DNA of 64,000 nucleotides from Oceanispirochaeta sp. (GTDB lineage: Bacteria > Spirochaetota > Spirochaetia > DSM-2461). Made by a program: the position numbers and the translations under genes. The notes beneath the pieces were generated by a model. The model made no database searches and was not told the origin of the DNA. It saw only the letters and a program-made list of their open reading frames with translations. Positions 21,717-31,869 of the stretch are shown one piece after another. The stretch is from positions 1,024,001 to 1,088,000 of the forward strand of contig CAXXOA010000002.1 in NCBI GenBank assembly GCA_963666275.2, given 5' to 3'. Within the stretch, counting starts at the first letter, position 1; every line of letters starts with the position of its first letter.

Positions 21717-22589
21717 TTATCCCTTTAGTGCTTCCTTGCCGGAAACTATTTCTATTAATTCATTGGTTATCGCAGCCTGACGGGCATGGTTCTGCATGGT
21801 CACATATTTTCCGATCAGGTCTTCCGTATTGCTTGTGGCATTTTCCATGGCGGTCATACGGGAGGAGTGTTCACTCAGAAGGGAGTTGTACAGATAGGAG
21901 TTCAGTCTGTATTTCAGCATCAGAGCCCCGACGGCCCGGGCCATCTCATCTCCGGAAGGTTCCATCTGAATATTCCGGCTTTGTCCCTTCTCCGCCTCCG
22001 CATTCTCAGGTACGAGAGGAAGGAGCTGTTTCAGTTCCGTCTCCTGCTGCAGAGCCGAGTAGAAGATATTTCCCAGCAGATATACCTTCTGAATGGTACC
22101 GGCCAGGAATCTGCTGTAGATCTCTCCGGAAATAAGAGCCAGATCCTTTTCTGTAAAAGTCTTTTCGGCAATCTCGGTGGCTTTGAAAAGATCCAGCTCC
22201 TTTCTCCGGCAGAACCCTGTTCCTTTATTACCGATGCTTGTAATTTCTACGGAAATCCCCTGCTTCTCCTGTTCTCCCAGGAAGCGGTTGACTTCTCTGA
22301 GAACCGAGCTGTTGTGAGTCCCGCACAGCCCTTTGTCTGCTGTGAACATCACAAGGTGCACCTTTTCCACTTCCGCGAATCCGGTCACCGCCCGATGGGA
22401 GCTCTCTTGCAGGGAAGGGAGAATCAGATCCTTCATCTCTCCGATTTTCTGATGAGAGAACTCCAGAGATCCCTGAAGGGCATAGAGTTTTCTCAGTTTG
22501 ATGGAGGAGATCATATTCATCGCCCTGGTGACTTTCTGCATGTTTTTCAGGGAACTTATTTTCTGTCCCAAGTCCCGGATATTGCTCAT
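21717..22589 (-). CDS. atpG: ATP synthase F1 gamma subunit (start ATG 22589)
   Basis: [51 protein letters not shown] overlap with the atpA stop. Confidence 0.97.
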   Translation of the reverse strand: MSNIRDLGQKISSLKNMQKVTRAMNMISSIKLRKLYALQGSLEFSHQKIGEMKDLILPSLQESSHRAVTGFAEVEKVHLVMFTADKGLCGTHNSSVLREVNRFLGEQEKQGISVEITSIGNKGTGFCRRKELDLFKATEIAEKTFTEKDLALISGEIYSRFLAGTIQKVYLLGNIFYSALQQETELKQLLPLVPENAEAEKGQSRNIQMEPSGDEMARAVGALMLKYRLNSYLYNSLLSEHSSRMTAMENATSNTEDLIGKYVTMQNHARQAAITNELIEIVSGKEALKG

Positions 22590-24781
22590 GATTCCCTGTC
22601 TTTCTGAGTATTCTTTCTGATCTGAAGGATCAGGCTGCGCAGCTCTTTCGATCCCTGTGCCATCAGCCACTCCTCTTCAAAAAGAGGATGCTGAACGATC
22701 TGAGCCAGAGCGGAAAGCACAACCAGATGAAAGTGCCTCTGATCTGCCGATCCCACCAGGAAAAACATGGAGTGAACGCTGTCCATCTGATCGGTGAACC
22801 TGATGCCGTTCTTTGATCTGACAATCAGCAGCTGGAATGTACTGCTTTCTTCTACAAGGATGTGAGGAATCGCAAAGTAGGGGCTCAGGGCGGTGGAACT
22901 GGACTTTTCCCTGGCAATGAATCTGCTGTAGATTTCATCCCGTTTTATCGTATGGGATTCCAGGTGCTTCGCTGCGGTTTCAAAAAGGGCTTCCATGGAT
23001 TTGCTCTTTTCGTAATCTATGATTTCACAGGACTGGATGAGCTCTTCAAAGCGGTCTGTCTCTCCCTTGTCTTTGCCTGTCATGATCTCTTCGATCTCTG
23101 TTTCCAGGGTGGGTGAGGCCAGTTCTCTGGCAGTCAGTCTTTCCACAAGTTTGAACATGTCCCGGCTGATCCGGGAGGTCCTCTGGCTCATGGCCATGGA
23201 GAGGTTCAGTGTGTATCCGGAATCAATGTCTGTATCCAGAGATTCAGGGCGGAACCGCGCTTCAAAGGCATCAAAGACTTTTTCCGCTTCCAGTTCCAGT
23301 TCGCTTGTAAAAGCTTTCTCCTTTCTCAGTTTATCCATGAATGCCGAGGCTTCCGTATCCAGGTACTGGAAAAAACCCTCTTCGTAGTTCAGAAGGGTCT
23401 CTGTTTTATACTTGTCCAGCCGTCCGGATGTTCCGGCTTTGAGGATCATTATCTGATGGAACACATCGATGGGAGCATACTGGTGCTGTTTCAGGATCTC
23501 TGTGAGCCGTTCTCCTCGATTGAGCTGGTTTTTGGTGGAGGCGTCCAGATCGGAGGAGAACTGCATAAACGCCGCAAGCTCCCTGAACTGGGCCAGGTCG
23601 ATCCGCAGGGAACTGGCTGTCTGTTTCATGGCCTTGATCTGGGCATCACCTCCCACCCGGGATACGGATATTCCCACGTTGATGGCCGGGCGGAGTCCCG
23701 AATTGAAAAGGTTGGCTTCCAGAAAAATCTGACCGTCTGTGATGGATATGATATTGGTGGGGATATAGGCCGAAACGTCCCCTTCCTGGGTTTCCACAAT
23801 CGGCAGAGCCGTCAGGGACCCGCCGCCTTTCTCATCACTCATTTTCGCCGCCCGTTCCAGCAGCCGGGAGTGTAGATAGAACACATCGCCCGGATAGGCT
23901 TCCCGTCCCGGGGAACGGCGCATCAGAAGCGAGAGCTCCCTGTAGGCCTGGGAGTGTTTTGTCAGGTCATCAAAGATCACCAGGGCGTGCATCCCGTTGT
24001 CCCGGAAATATTCCGCCATGGCTGTCGCCGCATAGGGGGCCAGATACTGGAGGGACGCAGGATCGGATGAGGTTGCCGCCACGACGATGGTATTCTGCAT
24101 AACATTCTGTTTTTTCAGGGTTTCTACAAGCTGAACAACAGAGGAGCGTTTCTGGCCGATGGCAACATAGACGCAGTAGACCTTGTCATCCCCTTCCATT
24201 TTGGCCTGGTTGATGATGGTATCCACCGCTATGGTGGTTTTTCCGGTCCTTCGGTCACCGATGATCAGCTCCCTCTGTCCCCGGCCGATGGGGATCATGG
24301 CGTCTATCGCTTTGATTCCGGTCTGAAGAGGTTCTCTCACGTTTTTTCTTTCTATGATACCGGGGCCTTTGACCTCTACTCTGTTCTGCTGATCAGTCCG
24401 GATGGTTCCCAGGCCGTCCAGGGCATTGCCGAGAGGATCCACCACTCGACCCAGGAGCTCTTTTCCGACAGGAACTTCCGCAACCTGCTGTGTCCTCCTG
24501 ACCCGGCAGCCTTCGGTGACCCTTTCGTAGTCGGAAAAGAGGATGATACCAACGGTTTCCTCTTCCAGGTTCATAACCATACCATGGATAATGCTGCCGT
24601 CCTCGACATCAATTTCAACCAGTTCTCCCGACAGGATATTATCCAGGCCCCATACCTGGGCAATCCCGTCGCCGGCCTGGATGACTCTCCCGATCTCCAC
24701 CTCTTCCGGGGAAGGGGAAAAGTCTGAAATCCTGCTTTTTAGTATTTCCAGTATTTCTGCTGGTTTTATATCTTCTCTCAT
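22586..24781 (-). CDS. atpA: ATP synthase F1 alpha subunit fused to a C-terminal PTS EIIA-type domain (731 aa)
   Basis: [49 protein letters not shown]; canonical alpha ends near aa 510; extension contains [18 protein letters not shown]. Confidence 0.97.
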   Translation of the reverse strand: MREDIKPAEILEILKSRISDFSPSPEEVEIGRVIQAGDGIAQVWGLDNILSGELVEIDVEDGSIIHGMVMNLEEETVGIILFSDYERVTEGCRVRRTQQVAEVPVGKELLGRVVDPLGNALDGLGTIRTDQQNRVEVKGPGIIERKNVREPLQTGIKAIDAMIPIGRGQRELIIGDRRTGKTTIAVDTIINQAKMEGDDKVYCVYVAIGQKRSSVVQLVETLKKQNVMQNTIVVAATSSDPASLQYLAPYAATAMAEYFRDNGMHALVIFDDLTKHSQAYRELSLLMRRSPGREAYPGDVFYLHSRLLERAAKMSDEKGGGSLTALPIVETQEGDVSAYIPTNIISITDGQIFLEANLFNSGLRPAINVGISVSRVGGDAQIKAMKQTASSLRIDLAQFRELAAFMQFSSDLDASTKNQLNRGERLTEILKQHQYAPIDVFHQIMILKAGTSGRLDKYKTETLLNYEEGFFQYLDTEASAFMDKLRKEKAFTSELELEAEKVFDAFEARFRPESLDTDIDSGYTLNLSMAMSQRTSRISRDMFKLVERLTARELASPTLETEIEEIMTGKDKGETDRFEELIQSCEIIDYEKSKSMEALFETAAKHLESHTIKRDEIYSRFIAREKSSSTALSPYFAIPHILVEESSTFQLLIVRSKNGIRFTDQMDSVHSMFFLVGSADQRHFHLVVLSALAQIVQHPLFEEEWLMAQGSKELRSLILQIRKNTQKDRES

Positions 24782-24831
24782 TAATCCTTTCCTGTTACAG
24801 CATTACCTCAGGCCGTTTCCAGAGTGAAACG

Positions 24832-25365
24832 CTATTTGAGTAATCTCTTCATTTTTTTCAAACGCCCCTGGAGGCTCAGATCCATCATCCTGTTATCCCA
24901 GATAATCCGGATTCCTCCCAGGATCTCCGGTTTGAGTGAATTTTCCATCCGGAGTCTCCTTCCTGTCTTCCCGTGCATTTTTTCTTCCAGTAAGCCGAGA
25001 ATCTCCCGGGAAAGAGGCTGGACCGATTCAATCCTGAGGGGCAGGGTACAGGACTCCCGGTCCTCCTGCTCCTGAAACGCATCGGGTAAAAAAGGAATCC
25101 CCCCCAGACGTCCGTTTCTGACAAGAGCTTCAAGAGTCCGGCCGGTAATCTCACTTATGTAGGGAAGAAAAGCGCTGGAGACGAAGTCCCATTCATTGTT
25201 CCGGCTTGTATGACGGGCCAGGCAGTACTCTCTGATCTGCGGCGCTTCCGAAAGGAGGGATGTGATAAAGTTCATATCATCCCGGACATCCTCTATTCTG
25301 CCCTGCTCCCGGGATGCCTCGAATAAAGCCCGGGCATAGCGTTTCACAACGATCTGACCGCTCAT
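24832..25365 (-). CDS. atpH: ATP synthase delta subunit
   Basis: KRYARALF, PEILGGIRI, DLSLQGRL; operon position. Confidence 0.92.
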   Translation of the reverse strand: MSGQIVVKRYARALFEASREQGRIEDVRDDMNFITSLLSEAPQIREYCLARHTSRNNEWDFVSSAFLPYISEITGRTLEALVRNGRLGGIPFLPDAFQEQEDRESCTLPLRIESVQPLSREILGLLEEKMHGKTGRRLRMENSLKPEILGGIRIIWDNRMMDLSLQGRLKKMKRLLK

Positions 25366-25844
25366 AGGTTCTTCACCGTCTCTTCTGTCCAGGCCCGCTC
25401 TTTATCTCCGACAACGGACATTCCCACAAGCTGTTCCGCCGCATCGCATATAAAGGCCGCCAGTTCTTTCTGGAGTTCCTGCATAGCCGCTTCTCTCTCA
25501 GCCGCTGCGGCCTGCCTGGCCTGCTCGATCAGGGACGCGGCTTCCGCCTCGGCTTTTTTGGTCAGCTCTTTTCTGAGGGTCTCCCCCTCCAGTCTGATCC
25601 TGTGCAGAATCTCATCCGCCTCTTTGTCAGCCGCTTTCAGAATCTCCTCTTTTTCCGAGGCAATTTTCTGAAGACGTTTCTCAATTTCCCGGGCATTGTC
25701 CACAGCAGAGGAGAGGTACTCCTCCCTGTCTCTGATATTCTTTATCAGAACAGGCATCAGAAACTTCCAGAGGAGGAAGAACAGAAGGCCGAAAGTTATC
25801 CAGGTCCAGATGGCCAGACCCGGTTCCAGTTTAAAAAGTTCCAT
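25362..25844 (-). CDS. atpF: ATP synthase F0 b subunit
   Basis: EPGLAIWTWITFGLLFFLLWKF single TM followed by an Ala/Glu-rich coiled coil. Confidence 0.93.
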   Translation of the reverse strand: MELFKLEPGLAIWTWITFGLLFFLLWKFLMPVLIKNIRDREEYLSSAVDNAREIEKRLQKIASEKEEILKAADKEADEILHRIRLEGETLRKELTKKAEAEAASLIEQARQAAAAEREAAMQELQKELAAFICDAAEQLVGMSVVGDKERAWTEETVKNL

Positions 25845-25853
25845 AGGCCCGGA

Positions 25854-26081
25854 TTACATGAAAACGACGAGCAGGGCGATGATGGCACCGAAAAATGCCA
25901 GACCTTCGATCAGAGCCGCGACCAGAATCATATTGGACCGGATGTCCTTTTTCTCTTCTGGCTGCCGGGCAATCGATTCCAGAGCTTTGGCGCCTACCAT
26001 ACCGATACCGATAGCACCGCCGGCGATACCCAGACCTGCCCCGAGAACTGCCAGTGCGCGGGCTAACAATGAAATATCCAT
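25854..26081 (-). CDS. atpE: ATP synthase F0 c subunit (probably H+-type)
   Basis: GxGxG helix, ARQPE loop, ALIEG carboxylate without the Q...ES/T Na+ signature. Confidence 0.96.
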   Translation of the reverse strand: MDISLLARALAVLGAGLGIAGGAIGIGMVGAKALESIARQPEEKKDIRSNMILVAALIEGLAFFGAIIALLVVFM

Positions 26082-26131
26082 ATTGACTCCTTCTGATTAA
26101 TTTTCTTAATCCAAAAATATCTAATTACACC

Positions 26132-26977
26132 TTAGTGTGTACTTGCCATTCCAATAAAAATGCAGCTGAGCAGGGTAAAAACGTAAGCCTGCAGAAAGGC
26201 CACCAGGGCCTCCAGGGTATAGGTGAATACAGCGAAAGGAACCGAAACAAAACCGAAAAAAGGATTGATCACAAAGATCAGTACCAGGAATGAGAGAATT
26301 GCCAGGTGTCCGGCAAACATATTGGCAAAGAGCCTCAGACTCAGGACCATGGACCTTGTAAATATGCTGAGCAGTTCCAGGATAAAAACAAAAATCCCCA
26401 CAACAACAGGAGCGCCCTGAGGATAGAGATTTTTGAAGAATCCCAGAAAACCGACTTCTTTAAAGCCGACTATGAATGTGAGAAGAAAAATTATGACAGC
26501 CAGAGCGGCGGTGACATTGATATTTCCCGTGGCTGTTTTAAAGGCCGGTATGAGTCCCAGAAAATTGACTGTCAGAAGATAGATGAAAAGGCTTGTAAAG
26601 AAGGATAGCCATTTCTGACCTTTTTCCTCTCCCATGACTGGATAGACCACATCATCTCTGATAAACAGAATGATAGCTTCCACACTGATCAGCAGCTTTC
26701 CCGGTTTCAGGGATCCCTTTGATGCAGCCAGTGCAAAAAGAGCAAAAATTATCACCGAAGAAAGGACAAGCATAAACTGATGAACTGTGAAACCATGGGG
26801 AAGCTGTATCGGCGGAAGGAAGGGGAAAAGTTCCAGTTCCTTTCCGTTCAGGACATGATGAAAAAGGGCTTCCGATACATCTGTTTCCTCTGAAGCGGCC
26901 GGGCAGAAACCGGCAAGCAGAAACAGGAGTGAAAAAGGGTTGAAAGAAAAAGAAAGGGCTCTTTTAAAACTGTTCAT
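26132..26977 (-). CDS. atpB: ATP synthase F0 a subunit (probable start ATG 26977)
   Basis: NFLGLIP, TATGNINVT, LRLFANMFAGH (essential Arg), LQAYVFTLL; GAGG RBS before ATG 26977. Confidence 0.95.
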   Translation of the reverse strand: MNSFKRALSFSFNPFSLLFLLAGFCPAASEETDVSEALFHHVLNGKELELFPFLPPIQLPHGFTVHQFMLVLSSVIIFALFALAASKGSLKPGKLLISVEAIILFIRDDVVYPVMGEEKGQKWLSFFTSLFIYLLTVNFLGLIPAFKTATGNINVTAALAVIIFLLTFIVGFKEVGFLGFFKNLYPQGAPVVVGIFVFILELLSIFTRSMVLSLRLFANMFAGHLAILSFLVLIFVINPFFGFVSVPFAVFTYTLEALVAFLQAYVFTLLSCIFIGMASTH

Positions 26978-27302
26978 AACGATCCTCATCTTCCATTCCA
27001 ACATAGTTCTCCGGGCTGTTCCTGTCAATTGAATGTGAGCCTTAATCGGTAAAAAATTAACTATATGTAAATCTATCGTTCACTTATAAGTGATTGATAT
27101 GTAATAAAATAAGATGGATTATGATTTTTTAAAGAAAAAATGATATTTTTTAAAAAATTCCCTCAATGTCCTTTATAGTCCATCAAAAAGCCTTATAGAT
27201 CCCTATAATATTCAAAGGAGGCAGAAGTGCTTTTCCCTCAGAAAAGCAGGCGGATCTGTCCCGGCCGGAGCTTCTCAGAAGGGCGTTTTCTGAGGGTGTC
27301 CC

Positions 27303-28211
27303 CTAAAGCAGATATCCCTTCACAAAGGGAAAAGACATATAAAAAGAGAGGAGAAAAAGCAGGGAAAATCCCAGTATTTCCATACCCGATGAAAGGAGGT
27401 GTACCATCTTCTCCCGGCTCTTGAAAACTGTAAAAATTCCTTTCTTTCCGAAGTAGGCCAGATACCCGGCCACACTGATGGGAAGAGCCATTCCTGCAGA
27501 CATGGCAATCACAGCAAAAATCCCTGTAGAGAGCATATCCCGGGCAAGAGTGAAAATGAGGATCATGATGGCTCCGGGGCAGGGAAAGAATCCTGTCAGC
27601 CCTATGGCCCAGAAGGATTTTCTGCTGCTGCCGTTTTCATTGTTATGTCCATGGCGGGAATGCCTTATGGCGCCGATAAGCAGCAGCAGAGAGAGGATCG
27701 CCAGAAGCGTATAGGCCCAGCCTTCCATCAGAAGGGAAGAGCTGTTGATATTACGGGAAAGGAAGGGGCCTGCGGTGGATTTGAACAGAAGGATCAGCAG
27801 CACGGCACTCCCTCCGTGAAAGAGCGACAGCAGCGCTCCCAGGGCCAGTGGTTCCAGAGCTTTGGCCTCCCGGCTCAGATAAAGAGAAAAGACTATGGTT
27901 TTTCTGTGCCCCGGCCCGGCGGCATGGAGCATCCCATAGAGAAAAGAAAGGCTGTAGAGCAGAAGTGCCAGCCCCCCGGCTCTGCCGTTTTTTATAGCCA
28001 GCATCAGATCGGCCATGCGGTTCCTCAGATCCAGCTGGGTTTCCACCATTTCCGTACCGGCCTGCCCGGCAGGCATCGTCGCCCGGGGCGTGTTCTCATC
28101 GGGTGATCCCATAAAGGGATTTGCCGCCATTCCCCCGGTCAGAAAGAGCAGTAATGCCGGACAGAGCAGAAGGCTTTTCCAGCGGAATCGGGAACAGTCA
28201 GGGAATGGCAA
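27303..28211 (-). CDS. Ni/Co transporter, NicO/RcnA-like
   Basis: YGMLHAAGPGHRKT and PCPGA motifs; short His-containing loop RHSRHGH. Confidence 0.85.
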   Translation of the reverse strand: MPFPDCSRFRWKSLLLCPALLLFLTGGMAANPFMGSPDENTPRATMPAGQAGTEMVETQLDLRNRMADLMLAIKNGRAGGLALLLYSLSFLYGMLHAAGPGHRKTIVFSLYLSREAKALEPLALGALLSLFHGGSAVLLILLFKSTAGPFLSRNINSSSLLMEGWAYTLLAILSLLLLIGAIRHSRHGHNNENGSSRKSFWAIGLTGFFPCPGAIMILIFTLARDMLSTGIFAVIAMSAGMALPISVAGYLAYFGKKGIFTVFKSREKMVHLLSSGMEILGFSLLFLLSFYMSFPFVKGYLL

Positions 28212-28845
28212 TCTGGATCTCCGTGGGATAGTATGTTTTAAGTCCGGGACGCCACTCCCGGTGCAGTGTGAGGTCTGTCGCCGGAGCGAAAGGATCGTAA
28301 TAGACAGGATAGTCTCTGTTCTCTTTCAGCTCATAGGAGTAAGGCTCTGTTTCCGGGGGAAGACTGAAACTGACAGGTTTCTCCTCGTCGTAGGTGACAT
28401 GGCAGAAAAAGCTGTAATCGTAAACCGCTATGGCAAGCTCTTTTTTCCGGAGATCCTCCAGCGGGATTGTAAAGCTGTAAATCATGGTTTCATCGTCTTT
28501 GTTCCATACCTGGAAATCCTGAACCTGCTCCGGGCTGAAGCGCTGGTCCTCCACCCTGAAAAAGACAAAGTAATTGTATTTTTTCAGATTGCTGAAGGCA
28601 TACTGAAAGACCCTTTCTGTTTCAGCAGGATCGAACTGTCCGTTCTTGTCCTCATCAAAATTGAAATTCACATCTGCACTGAAAAATTTATCAAACTCCC
28701 ACTCCAGAGTGATTGCAGTGATCCTGTTCTCACTTCCCGATACTGTGCATCTGCTTGTGAGCATCATATGGGGATGGGCACTGAGGAATGCCGGGGGAAA
28801 GAAAAATATAGCCAGAAATATAAAAATTATTTTCTGTGGTTTCAA
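28198..28845 (-). CDS. DUF1007-like periplasmic metal-binding protein
   Basis: Signal peptide followed by AHPHM, WEFDKFFS and VYDYSFF; typical partner upstream of NicO/RcnA-like genes. Confidence 0.8.
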   Translation of the reverse strand: MKPQKIIFIFLAIFFFPPAFLSAHPHMMLTSRCTVSGSENRITAITLEWEFDKFFSADVNFNFDEDKNGQFDPAETERVFQYAFSNLKKYNYFVFFRVEDQRFSPEQVQDFQVWNKDDETMIYSFTIPLEDLRKKELAIAVYDYSFFCHVTYDEEKPVSFSLPPETEPYSYELKENRDYPVYYDPFAPATDLTLHREWRPGLKTYYPTEIQIAIP

Positions 28846-29129
28846 AGGAGACTCCCTCTATACGTGGTACGTTATATTCAGACCCTGTTATTATATACAG
28901 GATTTTCCGGGAAGTCTTTACCCTGAAATAGAGGAGCAAACGGGCGGTTTCTGTAATAAAGCCCTCTGTTCAATATGTTTTTAATTTATGAAAAACAAAA
29001 AAAGTACGATATAATGAATGGGTAGTAACAAAGTTTTGAGTTTCAGAGTGCAGGTCTCATCCTGAGCTTTGCTTCCCGATAGTCAACATTTTTGTCACTT
29101 GAAGTATATTTTCCAAGGAGCTGCAATTT

Positions 29130-30179
29130 ATGGATCAACAGATAAAAGAATGGATAAGCAATGTTCCCAAGTCTGAGATCCACCTGCATCTGGAAGCTGT
29201 CGTTAAGATTTCATCCTACATGAAGCTTAATGAGAAATATAATATAGATGATACTTTAAGAACCGTTGAGGATTACAAAAAACAGTTATCTTTCAAAGAT
29301 CTCAAAGATATGATCAACTTTTTTCTTCACCTCCAGACTTTTTTCAGAGAGGAAGAAGACTACGCATATATGGCCCGGGATGTAGAGGACTATGCCCTGG
29401 ATAACAATATCCGCTATATGGAAGTCTATTTCTCCCCTTCGAAAATTATTCAGGCCGGATTTGTGGATATTCACGCTGTATTCAGGCTTCTGGATAAAAC
29501 CTTTCAGCAGATAAAAGAGAAACACGGCATAGAAACAAAAGTGATTGTCGATGTCTCCCGTTCTTTCGGACCGGCAAATGCCATGCAGAATCTGAATATC
29601 CTGATGGACTACCTGAAAGGAGCGGAGGATACCTGCTTTATAGGGATCGGCCTGGGCGGTGCGGAATCCGGCAACAGCTGCCTTGAGTATAAGGACGTTT
29701 TCTCCCTGGCCCAGAAGAATCATCTTCACACAGTGGCCCATGCGGGAGAAGAGGTGGAATCCAAATCCATCTGGGACGCTATAGACGGAATCGGCGCGGA
29801 AAGGATCGGTCATGGTACCAGTGCCATGTTTGACGAGGAGCTTATGGCCTACCTGGAGAAAAGCGGAACTCCTCTTGAAATCTGTCCAGCCAGTAATATT
29901 GTAACAAAGAAGTATGTCAGCCGGATGGAAGATCATCCTATCCGGAAGTTCTTCGACAGAGGCATCAATGTCACTCTCAATACAGACGATCCCATTCTCT
30001 TCGATATAGACCTGAACACAGAGTACTACAACCTCTACAGCAAACTGAACTTTTCCCAGGAGGAACTCCTGAAGGTTGTCAGAAATACCTGGGAGAGTAC
30101 ATTCCTCAGCAGGGAAGAAAAAGACAGATACTGGGCTCAGGTCGAGAAAGCTGTCTATCAGGGAAAAAAAGAGAAATAG
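29130..30179 (+). CDS. add: Adenosine/adenine deaminase family protein
   Basis: PKSEIHLHLE, AHAGE, ERIGHG, EICPASN, LNTDDP. Confidence 0.92.
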   Translation: MDQQIKEWISNVPKSEIHLHLEAVVKISSYMKLNEKYNIDDTLRTVEDYKKQLSFKDLKDMINFFLHLQTFFREEEDYAYMARDVEDYALDNNIRYMEVYFSPSKIIQAGFVDIHAVFRLLDKTFQQIKEKHGIETKVIVDVSRSFGPANAMQNLNILMDYLKGAEDTCFIGIGLGGAESGNSCLEYKDVFSLAQKNHLHTVAHAGEEVESKSIWDAIDGIGAERIGHGTSAMFDEELMAYLEKSGTPLEICPASNIVTKKYVSRMEDHPIRKFFDRGINVTLNTDDPILFDIDLNTEYYNLYSKLNFSQEELLKVVRNTWESTFLSREEKDRYWAQVEKAVYQGKKEK

Positions 30180-30235
30180 CTCCGTCTCCTGCCCGGACTG
30201 TTCAGAACCCAATCCCTCTGATATTCTGATTAACC

Positions 30236-31423
30236 ATGAAAACCGTGGAACAGATCAATGATAAAATCACCTCCGGAAAGGCTGTGGTCCTGACAGCCGA
30301 GGAAGTGATCGATTATGTAGATAAAAAAGGCCTGGAAGCGGCGGCCAGAGAGGTGGATGTTGTCACCACAGCAACCTTCGGCCCCATGTGCTCTTCAGGG
30401 TGTTTTCTGAACTTCGGCCACAGCAAACCGAAAATCCGCATTACAGAAGCCTGGCTGGATGACGTGCTCGCCTATTCGGGTGTCGCTGCTGTGGATCTCT
30501 ATCTGGGAGCTACCCAGCTCAGAGCCAATGATCCCGCCAATATCGAGTACCCCGGTGATTTCAAATACGGCGGGGGCCATGTGATTGAGAAACTGGTAGC
30601 GGGAGAAGAGGTGCAGCTCTTTGCCCTGTCCTATGGTACCGATGACTATCCCCGGAGAGAGCTGCGGACAAAAATCACCATAGACGATCTCAATCAGGCT
30701 GTCATGGTGAATCCCCGAAACTGCTATCAGAACTATAATGTTGCCATCAATACTTCGGACAGAGCGATCCATACCTATCTGGGATACCTGAAGCCCCATA
30801 TGAAGAACTGCGGCTATTCCAGCGCCGGACAGCTGTCTCCCCTTTTGAATGATCCCTATTACAGAACCATCGGAGTGGGCACCCGGGTCTGGCTGGCAGG
30901 CGCTCAGGGACATGTCTACTCCGAAGGAACCCAGCATGCCTCGGCCTGTGAACGGGGAGTCCTGGGGGTTCCCTCCGAGGGGGCGGGCACCCTGGCCCTG
31001 ACAGGAGATATGAAACAGATGCGCCCCGAATTCGTCCGGGGAGTCAGTATAAAAGGCTACGGAGTCTCACTCTCCCTGGGTGTGGGAATACCCATTCCCG
31101 TTCTGGATGAACAGATGCTCCTGCAGACCACGATCCGGGACAGGGATATCATGGCCCAGGTCATAGACTATTCAACAGACTATCCCGAACGGAACGGAAA
31201 GATTGTAGGGAATGTGAGTTATGAAGAACTGAAGTCCGGGCAGATAGAGCTGAATGGAAAAAAAGTGGAAGCCGGCGGGATGTCCTCCTATGGGGGGGCA
31301 AGAAAAATCGCGGCGATCCTGCAGGATGAAATAAAACGGGGGGATTTTACCATTACCGCGCCCATTGCGCCTCTGCCTGTGGAAAAGTCCATGAACCCAA
31401 TGAGAGAAGGGGAGTTGAGGTAA
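30236..31423 (+). CDS. Homocysteine biosynthesis enzyme (aspartate-semialdehyde sulfurtransferase, MJ0100/MA1821-like, no CBS domains)
   Basis: KTVEQINDKI..GKAVVLTAEE, VDVVTTATFGPMCSSG, YGGGHVIE, NPRNCYQNY, SAGQLSPLLNDP. Confidence 0.92.
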   Translation: MKTVEQINDKITSGKAVVLTAEEVIDYVDKKGLEAAAREVDVVTTATFGPMCSSGCFLNFGHSKPKIRITEAWLDDVLAYSGVAAVDLYLGATQLRANDPANIEYPGDFKYGGGHVIEKLVAGEEVQLFALSYGTDDYPRRELRTKITIDDLNQAVMVNPRNCYQNYNVAINTSDRAIHTYLGYLKPHMKNCGYSSAGQLSPLLNDPYYRTIGVGTRVWLAGAQGHVYSEGTQHASACERGVLGVPSEGAGTLALTGDMKQMRPEFVRGVSIKGYGVSLSLGVGIPIPVLDEQMLLQTTIRDRDIMAQVIDYSTDYPERNGKIVGNVSYEELKSGQIELNGKKVEAGGMSSYGGARKIAAILQDEIKRGDFTITAPIAPLPVEKSMNPMREGELR

Positions 31424-31851
31424 TGAGAGATACAACCGGAAAAGTGACAAAAAAGCTTCTCCTCTACTTTCCCGAATGTGAGACGGAAAAACCCATTGTC
31501 TATCATCTTGTAAAAGACTATGACCTCGTCATCAATATCTTCCGGGCCCGGGTCACTCCCGACGACGAGGGATTCCTTGTTCTGGATGTCACCGGGACGG
31601 AAGAGAATATCCGGAAGGGGATCCGCTTTATCGAAGAGCTGGATATCAGGATCAGCGAGACCCAGAAGGGAGTCCGCTGGGATCAGGAAAAATGTGTTCA
31701 GTGCGGAAGCTGCGTGCCCCACTGTCCCACAAAGGCTCTGAATATATCCGATCGCTCCACGATGGAGGTTCTGTTCAATCCCCAGGAGTGCATTGAGTGC
31801 CTCAGCTGCCTGAAGGTCTGTCCCTATGGGGCGGTGTCTTCCCTGTTCTGA
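31423..31851 (+). CDS. NIL-domain 2[4Fe-4S] ferredoxin (MA1822-like partner)
   Basis: KPIVYHLVKDYDLVINIFRA NIL pattern; CVQCGSCVPHCP and CIECLSCLKVCP. Confidence 0.9.
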   Translation: MRDTTGKVTKKLLLYFPECETEKPIVYHLVKDYDLVINIFRARVTPDDEGFLVLDVTGTEENIRKGIRFIEELDIRISETQKGVRWDQEKCVQCGSCVPHCPTKALNISDRSTMEVLFNPQECIECLSCLKVCPYGAVSSLF

Positions 31852-31869
31852 TCCCCCGGAGGCATTCCA

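Noticed and set aside
28990..29129. Purine riboswitch upstream of add
   Set aside because: No match to the conserved aptamer core could be seen; an Rfam scan would settle it.
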